64,000 nt of DNA from Verrucomicrobiales bacterium (GCA_031256975.1 JAIRPN010000018.1:807-64806), one strand, 5' to 3'; positions 1 to 9,422 are shown, numbered from the stretch's first letter. The notes: a model not told the origin generated them from the letters alone. Program-made: numbers and translations.

Positions 1-363
1 CAGGGGAGACCATTGCAGGGGCAGCCAGCCGATTTCCTTGTGCAGATTCTGGTAAACCCGCGCGCCGAGACGGTCGGCAATCAGTTGCGCTCCCAGGCAA
101 ACGCCGATGACTTTCTTTTTCAGCCGGATGGCCTCGGAGATGAAGCCCTTTTCCTCGATCAGCCAGGGATAAACGCGATGTTCGTAAATGTTCATCGGCC
201 CGCCCATGATGACCAGCCAGTCGATGTCGTCGACCGACGGGGCATGCTCCCCGGCGAACCAGCGGGTGACGCTGATGGTGAAGCCCTGCCGTTCCGCCCA
301 CACGGCGATGTGTTCCGCGTTTTCGAACGGAACGTGTTGGAAAATATGCAACCGTTTTCTCAT
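1..363 (-). CDS. class I glutamine amidotransferase-like protein (N-terminal part; gene runs off the window start)
   Basis: Own translation of the minus strand from ATG at 363: MRKRLHIFQHVPFENAEHIAVWAERQGF..WLVIMGGPMNIYE..KKVIGVCLGAQLIADRLG. This has the GATase1-type nucleophile elbow G-x-C-x-G. It is absent from the ORF track because it is truncated by the window edge. Confidence 0.7.
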   Translation of the reverse strand, partial: MRKRLHIFQHVPFENAEHIAVWAERQGFTISVTRWFAGEHAPSVDDIDWLVIMGGPMNIYEHRVYPWLIEEKGFISEAIRLKKKVIGVCLGAQLIADRLGARVYQNLHKEIGWLPLQWSPL

Positions 364-490
364 GCACCCCTTATTCAAGCAACTGGCGAGCCAGATTTAA
401 GAGAAGTGAAGGGTGAAAAGTGAGATGAAGGCTGCAAATACACGCCACCGGTGCTTATTTCACTTTTCACTCTTCAGAATTCACCCTTCT

Positions 491-2146
491 TTAGCGTTTG
501 GTCACATGGGTCAGGATGCGGATCAGCGCCGGCAGCAGTTGCTTCTTGCGGGACACCACGCCGCGCAGTTCGAACAGGTTGGGTTCGAGGCCGGGATAGT
601 CGATGGCCTCGAGCAATTGGTTGTTGCCGACCGCCAGCAACAAACTGTTGTGGGTGTTGATGTCGGTGACCAGCAGGCAGGCGAAATCGAGTTTCTCCTG
701 CGCGACCAGTTCGTTGAGCGATTTTTTCAGGTCGGCCTTGCGGCTTTCGAAGTGGATGAAGTCCAGTTCCTCGACCTGCGAGACGGCGATCTTCCAGCCG
801 TTTTCCATGTACTCCTTGCAGTCGGCGTTGAGCGCGTCGGCGGAGCTGAGAGTCTGCAACGGCGAACCGACCGAGAACATTTTCTCGGCGAACTGGTTGA
901 TGCTGACCTTGGCCAGCTGGCCGAGCCATTGCAGGATGTCGCGGTCGACCACGGTGCTGGTGGGCGAGCTCAGATTGAGCGTGTCGGAAATAATTCCCGC
1001 CGCGAGGCACAGGGCGGTGCCGGGTTCCGGTTGCAAATTGTGCTGGCGGAAGGCGCGGGCGACCAGCGTCGAGGTGGAGCCAACCGTGTCGTTGGTGAAG
1101 CGGATTGGCTCGCGGGTGACCAGGTCGCCGCCGAGGCGGTGGTGGTCGATGACCTCGAGGATTTCGGCTTCCTCGACGCCGGTGACCGCCTGCGAGAATT
1201 CGTTGTGGTCGACCAGGATCAGCTTGGTGCGCGGCGGGTTGACCAGGTCGGACTTGGAGAACACGCCGACCAGTTTGCCCTCGTCGCTGATCACCGGGAA
1301 CAGGTCCTGGTGGATGGCCTGCACGGCCTCGCGGATTTCGTCGACCAGCGCATGCTCGGAGAAGCGCACGCAGTCGCGGTTGATGACGTGGCTGACCTGC
1401 TGTGCGCACTTGATCAGCAGCGTGGTCGAGGCGGTGTCGAGCGGCGAGGAAATGACCGTGACTTTTTTCTCTCGTGCCAATGCCAGCAGCGAAGCGTCGA
1501 GCTCGTAAGAGCCGGTCACCACGATGCAGCGCGCGCCGTAGTTGATGGCGGGCTTTTGCGCGGTCGGTCGGTTGCCGACCACGATCAGCAGCTGTTCCGG
1601 CGGGTAATCGTGCAGCCGTTCCTCGAACGAGCGGGCACTCATGGCGGCGACCGACATCAGCAGGGTCTCCTCGCTGTCGATATTCACCGCGTTGAGGAAA
1701 TGCCCGCCGAGCACCTGGCGGATGTGTTCCAGCGTGGTGGTGACGGCGCGGGCCTCGTCGCCGGTGCGGTTGCCCGGCAGCAGCAGGCCGAGCGCCTTTT
1801 GGAAGGAAAGCAGGCCGACCATCTCGCGGTTGCCGTTCAGCACCGGCATGCTGCGGAGTCCCTGCTCGCGCATGCGGTCGAACACCTGCAGCAGGGATTC
1901 GCTTTCGTTGGCGCTGATGACGTGGCGGTGGCAGATGTATTCGGCGGTGGGACGCACGTCCAGCAGCAGCCTGGGGGCCTCGACCTTGGCCTCGTTCAGG
2001 GCGAACAGGGTGCGGGCGTTGGGTTCGCCGCAGCAGGCGGCGACGGCATCGGGATGATAGGTGTTTTTCAGGAATTCCGCGTAGCCGATGGCGGAGCAAA
2101 TGGCGTCAGTGTCGGGATTTTTGTGACCGATAACGTAAGTGGGCAT
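491..2146 (-). CDS. CBS-domain-containing family II (DHH/DHHA2) inorganic pyrophosphatase
   Basis: ORF 491..2206. The likely start is the internal ATG at 2146 (MPTYVIGHKNPDTDAICSAIGYAEF, DHH N-terminus). The middle region is CBS/DRTGG-like. C-terminal motifs ILVDHNE and VIDHHRLG are present. Confidence 0.85.
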   Translation of the reverse strand: MPTYVIGHKNPDTDAICSAIGYAEFLKNTYHPDAVAACCGEPNARTLFALNEAKVEAPRLLLDVRPTAEYICHRHVISANESESLLQVFDRMREQGLRSMPVLNGNREMVGLLSFQKALGLLLPGNRTGDEARAVTTTLEHIRQVLGGHFLNAVNIDSEETLLMSVAAMSARSFEERLHDYPPEQLLIVVGNRPTAQKPAINYGARCIVVTGSYELDASLLALAREKKVTVISSPLDTASTTLLIKCAQQVSHVINRDCVRFSEHALVDEIREAVQAIHQDLFPVISDEGKLVGVFSKSDLVNPPRTKLILVDHNEFSQAVTGVEEAEILEVIDHHRLGGDLVTREPIRFTNDTVGSTSTLVARAFRQHNLQPEPGTALCLAAGIISDTLNLSSPTSTVVDRDILQWLGQLAKVSINQFAEKMFSVGSPLQTLSSADALNADCKEYMENGWKIAVSQVEELDFIHFESRKADLKKSLNELVAQEKLDFACLLVTDINTHNSLLLAVGNNQLLEAIDYPGLEPNLFELRGVVSRKKQLLPALIRILTHVTKR

Positions 2147-2201
2147 AATTAGTTGGGGAAAATTAGCACAAAACGGCGCTAATGGTGAAGTTTTAAAGTG
2201 G

Positions 2202-2324
2202 TTCACCGCAGAGACGCGGAGGACGCGGAGAAATGCATTTTATTTGGTTTAAATAGAGCTAACGCGGAACGCGAACCCTTCAAACTGAATCCAAACTCCG
2301 CGTCCTCTGCGCCTCCGCGGTGAA
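2202..2324. repeat. long inverted repeat (about 29-nt arms, about 65-nt loop) between two minus-strand genes
   Basis: Arm 2202..2230 (ttcaccgcagagacgcggaggacgcggag) is the near-perfect reverse complement of arm 2296..2324 (ctccgcgtcctctgcgcctccgcggtgaa). The arm ends exactly at the stop codon of the upstream gene (2325). Confidence 0.6.
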
Positions 2325-2843
2325 TTAATTCTGCTGATTGGCTGGCTCGCTGCTGGCGGCGGGGCCGCCCAGCAACATCTGCTGCATGGCGGGGGAGGAG
2401 GTGCCGCCGGTGAGGTAAAAGCCTGACGAGGCTTTGTGCGGCATCAGCAGCATGGACAGGGCGTCTTTCCACGCGCCCTCGACCCAGAACGGTTCGCCGA
2501 GGAAGCCGCCGTTCTCGGAAAATTCGCAGTAGAACCAGATGTAGTTCTCGGTGCCGTCGGCGAAGCCGCCGTACTGGGCGACCACCAGCGACAGCTTCTG
2601 GCCGCGGATTTGCTCGACCTGGCAGACCAGTTCGCCGCTTTCCTGCAATTCCCAGCGGATGTCCCAAAAATCGGTGCCGTTGACTTCCCAGGTTTTGCCG
2701 TAACGGCGGACGACCTGGGCGAGGACGCGGGCGAATTCGTTCCATTCCTGCTCGGACCAGACCGGCGGCTGCAAAATGTCGTGAATCCGCTGCACGCGGA
2801 CACGCCACTCCGAAAACATGCGTTTGAGCTCAATCAGCGACAT
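2325..2843 (-). CDS. hypothetical protein (172 aa)
   Basis: ORF track. Third-position GC is high. It lies 5 nt downstream of the preceding minus-strand ORF, so it is probably co-transcribed. I recognise no family. Confidence 0.55.
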   Translation of the reverse strand: MSLIELKRMFSEWRVRVQRIHDILQPPVWSEQEWNEFARVLAQVVRRYGKTWEVNGTDFWDIRWELQESGELVCQVEQIRGQKLSLVVAQYGGFADGTENYIWFYCEFSENGGFLGEPFWVEGAWKDALSMLLMPHKASSGFYLTGGTSSPAMQQMLLGGPAASSEPANQQN

Positions 2844-2848
2844 GGCTG

Positions 2849-3616
2849 TCAGCGGACGGTTTGGCGGCTGCGGATGGTGGCAATGGTCGCGTCCTGGCTG
2901 TCGAGGCGTCGCTGCATCTGGGCCTGGCCCTGGCGCAGCGCGTTGATGGTCTTTTGCGCGTCGGCCAGCTGGCGGTTCAGATCGAGTATTTGCTCGTTAG
3001 TCATGGCCAGCGCGTCGGCCAGTTTCTTGTTCTGGTCGGCCAGTGATTGCTGCAGGTCGTCGAAGCGCGAGTTGGTCTTGGATTCCAGCAGCGCGATGGT
3101 CGCGCTCTGGCCCTGGATCTGTTTCCACAGCACGTAGCTGCCGGTGCCGGCCAGCACGGTGATGACCAGGATGGCGCAGATGATGGAGATGACCACGCCG
3201 TTGAGCATGGTGTTGACGGCCGACTGTTCCTTCTTCTGGCGGCGGATGCTTTCGGTGGGACGGATCGGGGCGGGTTCGCTAAAGGGTGAGGTCATACGCG
3301 GTGGCTCCTGTTTGGGGGGTTGGGTTTCGCGGACAGGCTCGCTGTCGGCTTCGCTAAAATGGGTTTCCTCGGGTTCCGTCACGTCAGGTGACGGTTGTGT
3401 GACAGGTTCCGCCTTGGCGGAAAAAGTCGGTGCTGGTTTTTCGACGAAAGGCTCCTCGGGTTCGCGCTCGATCTTGGGTTCCGCGGTCAGCGGCGGGGCC
3501 TTTTTGACCGAGGCCGGGCGGGACGACGGCGCGGGACCGGTGATGAAGTCGAACTCCAGGTTCGAGCGCTTTTTCTTCCGTTTGCCGGGCGCAGGATCTT
3601 TGGAAAAACCGAACAT
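2849..3616 (-). CDS. hypothetical single-pass membrane protein with C-terminal coiled coil
   Basis: ORF 2849..3646; start chosen at ATG 3616 (MFGFSKDPAPGKRKKKR). One TM helix (VVISIICAILVITVLAGTGSYVLW) is followed by a heptad-like Q/L/A-rich tail. Confidence 0.55.
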   Translation of the reverse strand: MFGFSKDPAPGKRKKKRSNLEFDFITGPAPSSRPASVKKAPPLTAEPKIEREPEEPFVEKPAPTFSAKAEPVTQPSPDVTEPEETHFSEADSEPVRETQPPKQEPPRMTSPFSEPAPIRPTESIRRQKKEQSAVNTMLNGVVISIICAILVITVLAGTGSYVLWKQIQGQSATIALLESKTNSRFDDLQQSLADQNKKLADALAMTNEQILDLNRQLADAQKTINALRQGQAQMQRRLDSQDATIATIRSRQTVR

Positions 3617-3794
3617 AGTAACTGTCTTGGAATTTAACCAAAGCACCGGCTTTGTAAACCGTTAAATCAAGGGACTTTGGAAGAGCGAGGGGTGAATCGT
3701 GAAGCGTGAAACGAGCGCCCCTGACTTTGTTGTTCGGCAGGCATTTTCTGTTCTTTTTTCCCTCTTCCTTGACAAATCGCGATTGGCGGCTATT

Positions 3795-3974
3795 GGTTTC
3801 CTTGTGAATTTAATTAACCGCACAGTCAAACATGTTACCGCCAAAGGCATGGCCTTTTGGTGCATGGACTGTTCCGCCCGAAAACACACGGGCCGACGCC
3901 AGTGGTGAAGATTAAATCATAAGAAAACCAAGAAAGATTTGAAACCCACCGCTGGAACCAACGGTGGGTTTTTT
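3795..3974 (+). ncRNA. candidate structured small RNA (rod-like, 6S-like size; identity unproven)
   Basis: A possible TTGACA -35 lies at 3769..3774. Long-range helix: 3795..3814 (ggtttccttgtgaatttaat) pairs with 3911..3929 (attaaatcataagaaaacc). Internal hairpins sit at 3842..3859 and 3876..3893. The region ends in the intrinsic terminator at 3942..3974. There is no credible ORF. Confidence 0.3.
3942..3974 (+). terminator. rho-independent terminator
   Basis: The sequence aaacccaccg-ctggaaccaa-cggtgggtttttt gives a GC-rich 7-10 bp stem followed by a T6 tract on the plus strand. Confidence 0.7.
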
Positions 3975-4031
3975 GTTTCCCTTTTGTTTGTTCCAGCCCC
4001 GGGTTTCGAGAATAGAAACAAGAGGTGTAAA

Positions 4032-4313
4032 ATGTTCATAGGACAGGATGAGGTGGCGGAGCGGAAGGCTCCGCGGAGACAAAGGCAGAGACGGGGCCGT
4101 TACCGGCGGCCGGAATTGATCGCCCGGGGCGCGGTCGACCGTCTCAATTACGTGTTGCAGGCGGCCAGCGTGTTGTACCGGCACTACCGGGAATTCGGGC
4201 TGAACGAAGAGAAGGCCTGGCAGTCGGCGGTGGCCGATTTCTCGCTCGATTACGGGCGCGAGGTCGAGGCCCTGCGGCGGGAGAGGAGGCTGGCGCAACA
4301 GGATCGTGAATAA
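4032..4313 (+). CDS. small arginine-rich hypothetical protein (93 aa)
   Basis: This is the internal ATG of ORF 3939..4313; the upstream part of that ORF would read through the terminator hairpin. Third-position GC is high. The N-terminus is RRQRQRRGRYRR, followed by a helical region. Confidence 0.4.
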   Translation: MFIGQDEVAERKAPRRQRQRRGRYRRPELIARGAVDRLNYVLQAASVLYRHYREFGLNEEKAWQSAVADFSLDYGREVEALRRERRLAQQDRE

Positions 4314-4366
4314 GCATTCCCAGTTCATCGGCACCGTCCGGTGTCATCCACCGGGCGGCTGTCGGC

Positions 4367-5806
4367 TCATTGTTCCATGCTGGAAAGATGGGCGAGCTTG
4401 ACGCGCAGACGGAACCACAGGTTGGATTCCTCGTACAAATTCATGTTTTCCAGGCGGGAACCGGCGAAATCCCGTTCCAGCATCCGTGCGGTCTCGGCGG
4501 CGAAGTCCCCGTCGTTGATCGCGGCTGACAATTCGAAGTTCAGCATAAACGAACGGTAGTCGGCGTTCACCGAACCGACAATCGCGAAGTCATCGTCCAC
4601 CAGCAGCACTTTCTGGTGCATAAATCCGGGCAGATAACGGTAAATCTTCACACCCGCGTCACGCATCGCCGGGTAATACGAAAACGACGACCACCACGGC
4701 AGCAAATGGTCGGGCCGCGACGGCAATAAAATCCTCACGTCCACCCCGCGCAATGCCGCCTGCATCAGGGATTGCCGCAGGGCGAAATCCGGCACGAAGT
4801 AGGGGCTGGCCAGCCACACTCTTTCCCGCGCGGCGAAAATGGCGGTGCCATAGACCGCCTCGCAAAGGTTGCACTTGTCGGCGGGGCCGGTGGCGAAGGC
4901 CGCCAGCCGCATGTTGCCGGAGTCGCAGGACATCGGCGCGCTGCATTCCACCTGCGGCAGTTCGTCGGCGGAGTACCACCAGTCCTCGGCGAAGTTCACG
5001 CGCATGGTGCTGATGGCGGGGCCGCGGATTTCCAGGTGCGTGTCGCGCCAAGAATCGAATTTGGCGCCGCCGGTCAGGTATTCGTCCGCCGCGTTCAGGC
5101 CGCCGATGAAGGCCGTGTCGTTGTCGACCAGCACCAGCTTGCGATGGTTGCGGAAGTTGATCTGGAAACGCATGCCGAGCTGGCGGTTGGTGACGAATCC
5201 GTGGACATAGATGCCGGCGTTGCGCAACGCGTCGAGGTAGGACAGGGAGATGTCCTTGGAGCCGATGCTGTCGAACAGCACATGGATTTTCACCCCGCGT
5301 TTGGCGGCGGCGATTAGCGCGTCCTTCAGCTTGTTGCCCAGGCTGTCGTCGCGGATGATGAAGAATTGCACCATGATCGACTGCTGCGCCCGTTCGATGG
5401 CGCGGAAAATGGCGTCGAAGGTCTGCTCGCCGTCGACCAGCAGACGGGCGGAGTTGCGGCCGGTGACGGGCAGGCCGCGCAGTCTTTCGATCAGCAGGGC
5501 CACGTCGGCGTATTTCTCCGAGAAGGTTCCGCGGACCGGGGTCATGGCTGCCCTGGCGTTGGCGAGGATTTTATCCAGCCGGTCATTGGCACCGTTGCCG
5601 GCTCTGGTATAGCCGGAGAAGCTCGACTCGCCGAACACCAGGAACAGCGGGATGGAGATGAGCGGCAGGAAAAACAAGGCGATGCCCCAGCCCAGGGCGG
5701 CCTGCGGGGTGCGGGCGATGAACAGCGCCTTGGGGATTAACAGCCAGCCGGTGATCTGGACGACCGTGAGGAAAAAGGTGAGGATCCAATGCCAGTGTAT
5801 TTGCAC
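4367..5806 (-). CDS. cls: cardiolipin synthase
   Basis: Two N-terminal TM helices plus two HKD motifs (HRKLVLVDNDTAFIGGLN and HQKVLLVDDDFAIVGSVN). Confidence 0.9.
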   Translation of the reverse strand: MQIHWHWILTFFLTVVQITGWLLIPKALFIARTPQAALGWGIALFFLPLISIPLFLVFGESSFSGYTRAGNGANDRLDKILANARAAMTPVRGTFSEKYADVALLIERLRGLPVTGRNSARLLVDGEQTFDAIFRAIERAQQSIMVQFFIIRDDSLGNKLKDALIAAAKRGVKIHVLFDSIGSKDISLSYLDALRNAGIYVHGFVTNRQLGMRFQINFRNHRKLVLVDNDTAFIGGLNAADEYLTGGAKFDSWRDTHLEIRGPAISTMRVNFAEDWWYSADELPQVECSAPMSCDSGNMRLAAFATGPADKCNLCEAVYGTAIFAARERVWLASPYFVPDFALRQSLMQAALRGVDVRILLPSRPDHLLPWWSSFSYYPAMRDAGVKIYRYLPGFMHQKVLLVDDDFAIVGSVNADYRSFMLNFELSAAINDGDFAAETARMLERDFAGSRLENMNLYEESNLWFRLRVKLAHLSSMEQ

Positions 5807-5969
5807 AATTGGATTGAATTAAACCATGGAACACATGGAATACACGGAAAAAGATCGCCGTTGGCGTTCAAAATTTTCCGTGTGTTTTGCTTCGCTTCCC
5901 GCTCGGAGTTGGAAACGGCGTGTAATTGCCGTTTTACTTTAACCGGTTCCGTGGTCTAATTTGTCTTGA

Positions 5970-8324
5970 ATGACCTCACGATTAGCGGCCCTATTGTTGG
6001 CGATGGCGGTTGGCGCCTCGGCGCAGACGCAGCCCGCGCCGACGGTCGTTAGCGGTTCCACGGTCGATTTGTCGCAGTTCCAGCCGAGCGATCAGGAGAT
6101 GTTCAGCGAGGCGGCGGCGTTCATCAAGCAGAAGAATCCCGGTCGTGCGATCATGATCCTGAGCGATTTGCTGCGTTATTATCCCGACTCGAAATACCAA
6201 GAGGAGACGTTGTACCGCATCGGCGCCTGTTACAAGGACTTGGGACGTTTCGACGAGGCACGGCAAACCCTGGACCTGCTGGAAAAAAAGTTTCCGAAAA
6301 GTTCGTGGTTAGCGTCGGCGAATCTGTTGCGCGGCGAGATGTTGGCCGCCGACAAGAAATGGTCTGACGCGCTGCCCTACCTGCAACAGGCGGCGCTAAC
6401 GGCGGGTTCGCCGGAGGCCAAATTGCGCGCCAATTACCTGGTGGTGTTGACCTGCGACAATCTGGGCAAGATGACCGACGCGCGCAATGCACTGGAATTT
6501 TTAGTCAAGCAGGACAAGAACAATCCCTGGCTCGATTATGCCCGCGTGCGTCTGGCGGTGTTGGAAATCGATGCCGGGAACGGCGACCGGGGCGCGGGAT
6601 TGTTGAAATCGGTATTGGCGTCGTCGAATGACCCGAACTTGCGCGGCGAAGCGGGAGTGCGCGCTGGCAACCAAGCCTACGCCAAGGGCAATCACCAAGA
6701 TGCGGTGGGTTACTACGACATCGTGCGCCGCACCAATTCGCCGGATTTCTGGAAGCGGCTGGCGAATCTCGGGTTGGTGCAGGCGAACTTCGCCGGGAAG
6801 AATTACGCGGCGGCGATCCAGGTGTACAATGAGACCAAGCCGAATTTCCCCGACAGCATGCGGGCGCAGGTGTTGTTTTTGGTGGCGGAATCCTATCGCC
6901 TGACCAAACAAAATGCCGCGGCGCTGGATTTGTACAAATTCCTGCTCGACCAGTTTCCCGACGACGCCAACGCCGAGGGCGCTTCGTGGGCGCGGATTTT
7001 GCTGTTGAAGGACGGCGCTAACGACGAGGCGTTTTTTGCCGAGACCGCGCGCTTCATCGCCAAGTTTCCGAATTCCCCGCGCCTGCCGCTGGTGCAGGCG
7101 TTGCGCGCCGACGCCTATTACGCCAAGGGCGATTACAAGACCGCGGCGCCGATGTACGCGACGGTGTTGCAGCAGCCGGACAAGTTGCAACTGGCCGACG
7201 ACGCGTTGTCGGGTTTGTATTTCCGCGCGGGTTATGTGTTTTTTAATTTGCAGGATTACAAGACCGCATTGCTGTGGCTGACCGCTTACCTCGCCAAGTT
7301 CAAGGACGGGGCGCTAACGGCGAACGCGCTGTGGCTGAAGGGGCAGGCGGAGTTTCAGCTGAAGGACGCCAGTGATGCGCTGCTGAGCTGGGGACGGCTG
7401 ATTGACCAATTCCCGCAGTTCCCGCAGCGCGAGACCGTGCTGTGGCAGGCCTCGCTGTTAGCGGGTAACCAGAAGGATTTCGCCAGGATGGCGGGCTGGC
7501 TCGACAAGCTGGTCGCCGGGTTTCCGCAAAGCACGCACCAGGCCGAGGCGCATTACTGGCTGGCGATCTGTCGCGAGGACGCCAATGACGACAACGGCGC
7601 GCTGTCGCAATGGATCACCGCGCGCAATCTTGACGCCACCCGCTATTACGCCGTGGCCACCCAGCACATCATCCGCATCCTGTTGAAGAAGCAGGACGTA
7701 TTGCAATTGCGCGCAGAGGTCGACAAATACGACCAGTGGCGGTTGAAGAACCCGCAGGACCCGGCGATCAATCTGGATGTTTACGAATGGCTGGGCCAGC
7801 AGTTGATCGACGGCGCCAAGCCGGCGGACAGCGAGGGATACCTGCGCCGGGTACTGGCGGGCAGCAAAAACAACGACCAGCGCAAGCGGGTGCAGTTGCG
7901 AGTGGCGATGCTGATGAGCAAGTTGCAGAACTGGCAGGGCGCGGTGCGCGAGTGGACCGCCTACCGCGCCAATTTCCCCGAGGAAACCAACCGCAGCGCG
8001 GTGCTGGAGCCGCTGGCGCAGGCGCAAATTGGCGTCGCTAACTACGACCTGGCGCAAAAGCTGGCCGAGCAGATTTTGCAGCAGAATCCCGAGGGCGAAT
8101 ACAACGCGCGGGGCCGCATCCTGCTGGGCGACATTGCCCTGGCGAAAAAACAATATGAAGAAGCGGCGAAGATGTACTCGGCGGTGGCGCTGCTGATCGA
8201 CAATCCGCAGTTAACCCCGCTGGCGCTGGCCAAGGCCAACGCAGCCTGGCGATTGGCAGGCAACGGGGCCAAGGCTGACGAGGCCCTGCTGCGCCTGAAA
8301 AAGGAATACCCGGACTATAAATGA
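5970..8324 (+). CDS. secreted tetratricopeptide-repeat protein (784 aa)
   Basis: Signal peptide MTSRLAALLLAMAVGASAQ. Repeated TPR-like A/Y/L helix pairs run throughout the protein. Confidence 0.8.
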   Translation: MTSRLAALLLAMAVGASAQTQPAPTVVSGSTVDLSQFQPSDQEMFSEAAAFIKQKNPGRAIMILSDLLRYYPDSKYQEETLYRIGACYKDLGRFDEARQTLDLLEKKFPKSSWLASANLLRGEMLAADKKWSDALPYLQQAALTAGSPEAKLRANYLVVLTCDNLGKMTDARNALEFLVKQDKNNPWLDYARVRLAVLEIDAGNGDRGAGLLKSVLASSNDPNLRGEAGVRAGNQAYAKGNHQDAVGYYDIVRRTNSPDFWKRLANLGLVQANFAGKNYAAAIQVYNETKPNFPDSMRAQVLFLVAESYRLTKQNAAALDLYKFLLDQFPDDANAEGASWARILLLKDGANDEAFFAETARFIAKFPNSPRLPLVQALRADAYYAKGDYKTAAPMYATVLQQPDKLQLADDALSGLYFRAGYVFFNLQDYKTALLWLTAYLAKFKDGALTANALWLKGQAEFQLKDASDALLSWGRLIDQFPQFPQRETVLWQASLLAGNQKDFARMAGWLDKLVAGFPQSTHQAEAHYWLAICREDANDDNGALSQWITARNLDATRYYAVATQHIIRILLKKQDVLQLRAEVDKYDQWRLKNPQDPAINLDVYEWLGQQLIDGAKPADSEGYLRRVLAGSKNNDQRKRVQLRVAMLMSKLQNWQGAVREWTAYRANFPEETNRSAVLEPLAQAQIGVANYDLAQKLAEQILQQNPEGEYNARGRILLGDIALAKKQYEEAAKMYSAVALLIDNPQLTPLALAKANAAWRLAGNGAKADEALLRLKKEYPDYK

Positions 8325-8441
8325 TTTAAGATTCTTACAATTAGCGCCTCTGGCGAATCTGCTTCAAATACGCCGGAGACGCAAATACTGGAAATCTTAA
8401 ATCTTAATTCTAAAATCTTAAATTCCAGCTACAATGCCTTT

Positions 8442-9422
8442 ATGAACGAGATGGAAACAACCGATCTGCGCTTCTCGCCCGGCAAGTGGTTATTAGCGGC
8501 GGTCTTGCTGTCGCTGGTGATCCATCTGACCTTGTTCTTTTATTTTCGCGGCGTGGACATCGGCTTCGGCAAGCCGGTGGTCGACCCGATGCAACCGGCG
8601 CGTTTTCATGTCGAACGCGCGACCATCAACCCGAAGGATTTGGAGCCCGAGCCCCTGCCGAAGCCCGCGACGGTCGGGGTTGTCAACAGCAGCCAAAAAC
8701 CGCTGGAAATCTCTCCTGACAAAATCGCCGCCTTTGACGGCCCGCTCAAGGTGCCCAGCATCCCGGTGCCGCGCCTGACCGACCAGCCTGCCGCTTCATT
8801 GAGCGCCAGCAGCGCGGCGATCCCGGTGGAGTCCTTCTCCGCCCTGTCCCTGGCGGCGGACGGCAAGGTGCCGCAGGTGGCGCAGGCCCTGGCCAACGAA
8901 GCCAGCACCGCCGCGTTGAAGGAGGCCAACTCGGCGTTGGCGCAAAGCAATCTGGCGGGGGGCAGCGATGGTTCGGTGTCGCCGCAGGGCGTGCCCGGTT
9001 TCAATGAAATCTCGTCATTGGCGGATTTGCGCGCGCCCGACGCCGTGCCGCGCCCGGCGGCGCAGCCGATCCTGATTCGTTTGTCCAGCGACGTGTTGTT
9101 CGAATTCGACTCCGCCCAGCTCAAGCCGACCGCGCAGACCGCACTTGCCCAGATTGCCGCCGAACTGGCCCGCGCCACCCAGGCGAAAATCACTGTCGAA
9201 GGGCATACCGACACCTTCGGGGCCGACGCCTACAACCAGCAACTCAGCGAGGCTCGTGCCAAGGCCGTGGCAGATTTCCTGATCCGGCAAACCGGCCTCG
9301 ATCCCTCGCACATCAGCAGCCGCGGCTTTGGCAAAACCCGCCCCATCGTCAACCCGCAAGGCAGCGTCGAAGAACAAGCCCGCAACCGCCGGGTGGAGAT
9401 TCGGGTTGAGGGGGAAAGATAA
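8442..9422 (+). CDS. membrane-anchored OmpA/MotB-family peptidoglycan-binding protein
   Basis: N-terminal TM helix. The C-terminal OmpA-like domain reads FEFDSAQLKP..VEGHTDTFGADAYNQQLSEARAKAV..NRRVEI. Confidence 0.85.
   Translation: MNEMETTDLRFSPGKWLLAAVLLSLVIHLTLFFYFRGVDIGFGKPVVDPMQPARFHVERATINPKDLEPEPLPKPATVGVVNSSQKPLEISPDKIAAFDGPLKVPSIPVPRLTDQPAASLSASSAAIPVESFSALSLAADGKVPQVAQALANEASTAALKEANSALAQSNLAGGSDGSVSPQGVPGFNEISSLADLRAPDAVPRPAAQPILIRLSSDVLFEFDSAQLKPTAQTALAQIAAELARATQAKITVEGHTDTFGADAYNQQLSEARAKAVADFLIRQTGLDPSHISSRGFGKTRPIVNPQGSVEEQARNRRVEIRVEGER

Noticed and set aside
13-423. 136-aa plus-strand ORF at the window start
   Set aside because: It is antisense to a clear GATase1-type coding sequence (minus strand, ATG at 363) and has no recognisable motifs.
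413-2152. Long plus-strand ORF (579 aa) and a second minus-frame ORF (474..2099, 541 aa), both overlapping the pyrophosphatase gene
   Set aside because: The translations are low-complexity and rich in Arg/Gly/Ala/His/Gln, typical of shadow ORFs in GC-rich DNA. The third frame (491..2146, minus) gives a full-length, recognisable DHH/CBS pyrophosphatase.
3912-4334. 140-aa minus-strand ORF spanning the terminator and the small Arg-rich ORF
   Set aside because: It would read straight through a canonical plus-strand terminator hairpin. It is Pro/Leu-rich with no motifs, and the plus-strand ORF has the better third-position GC pattern.
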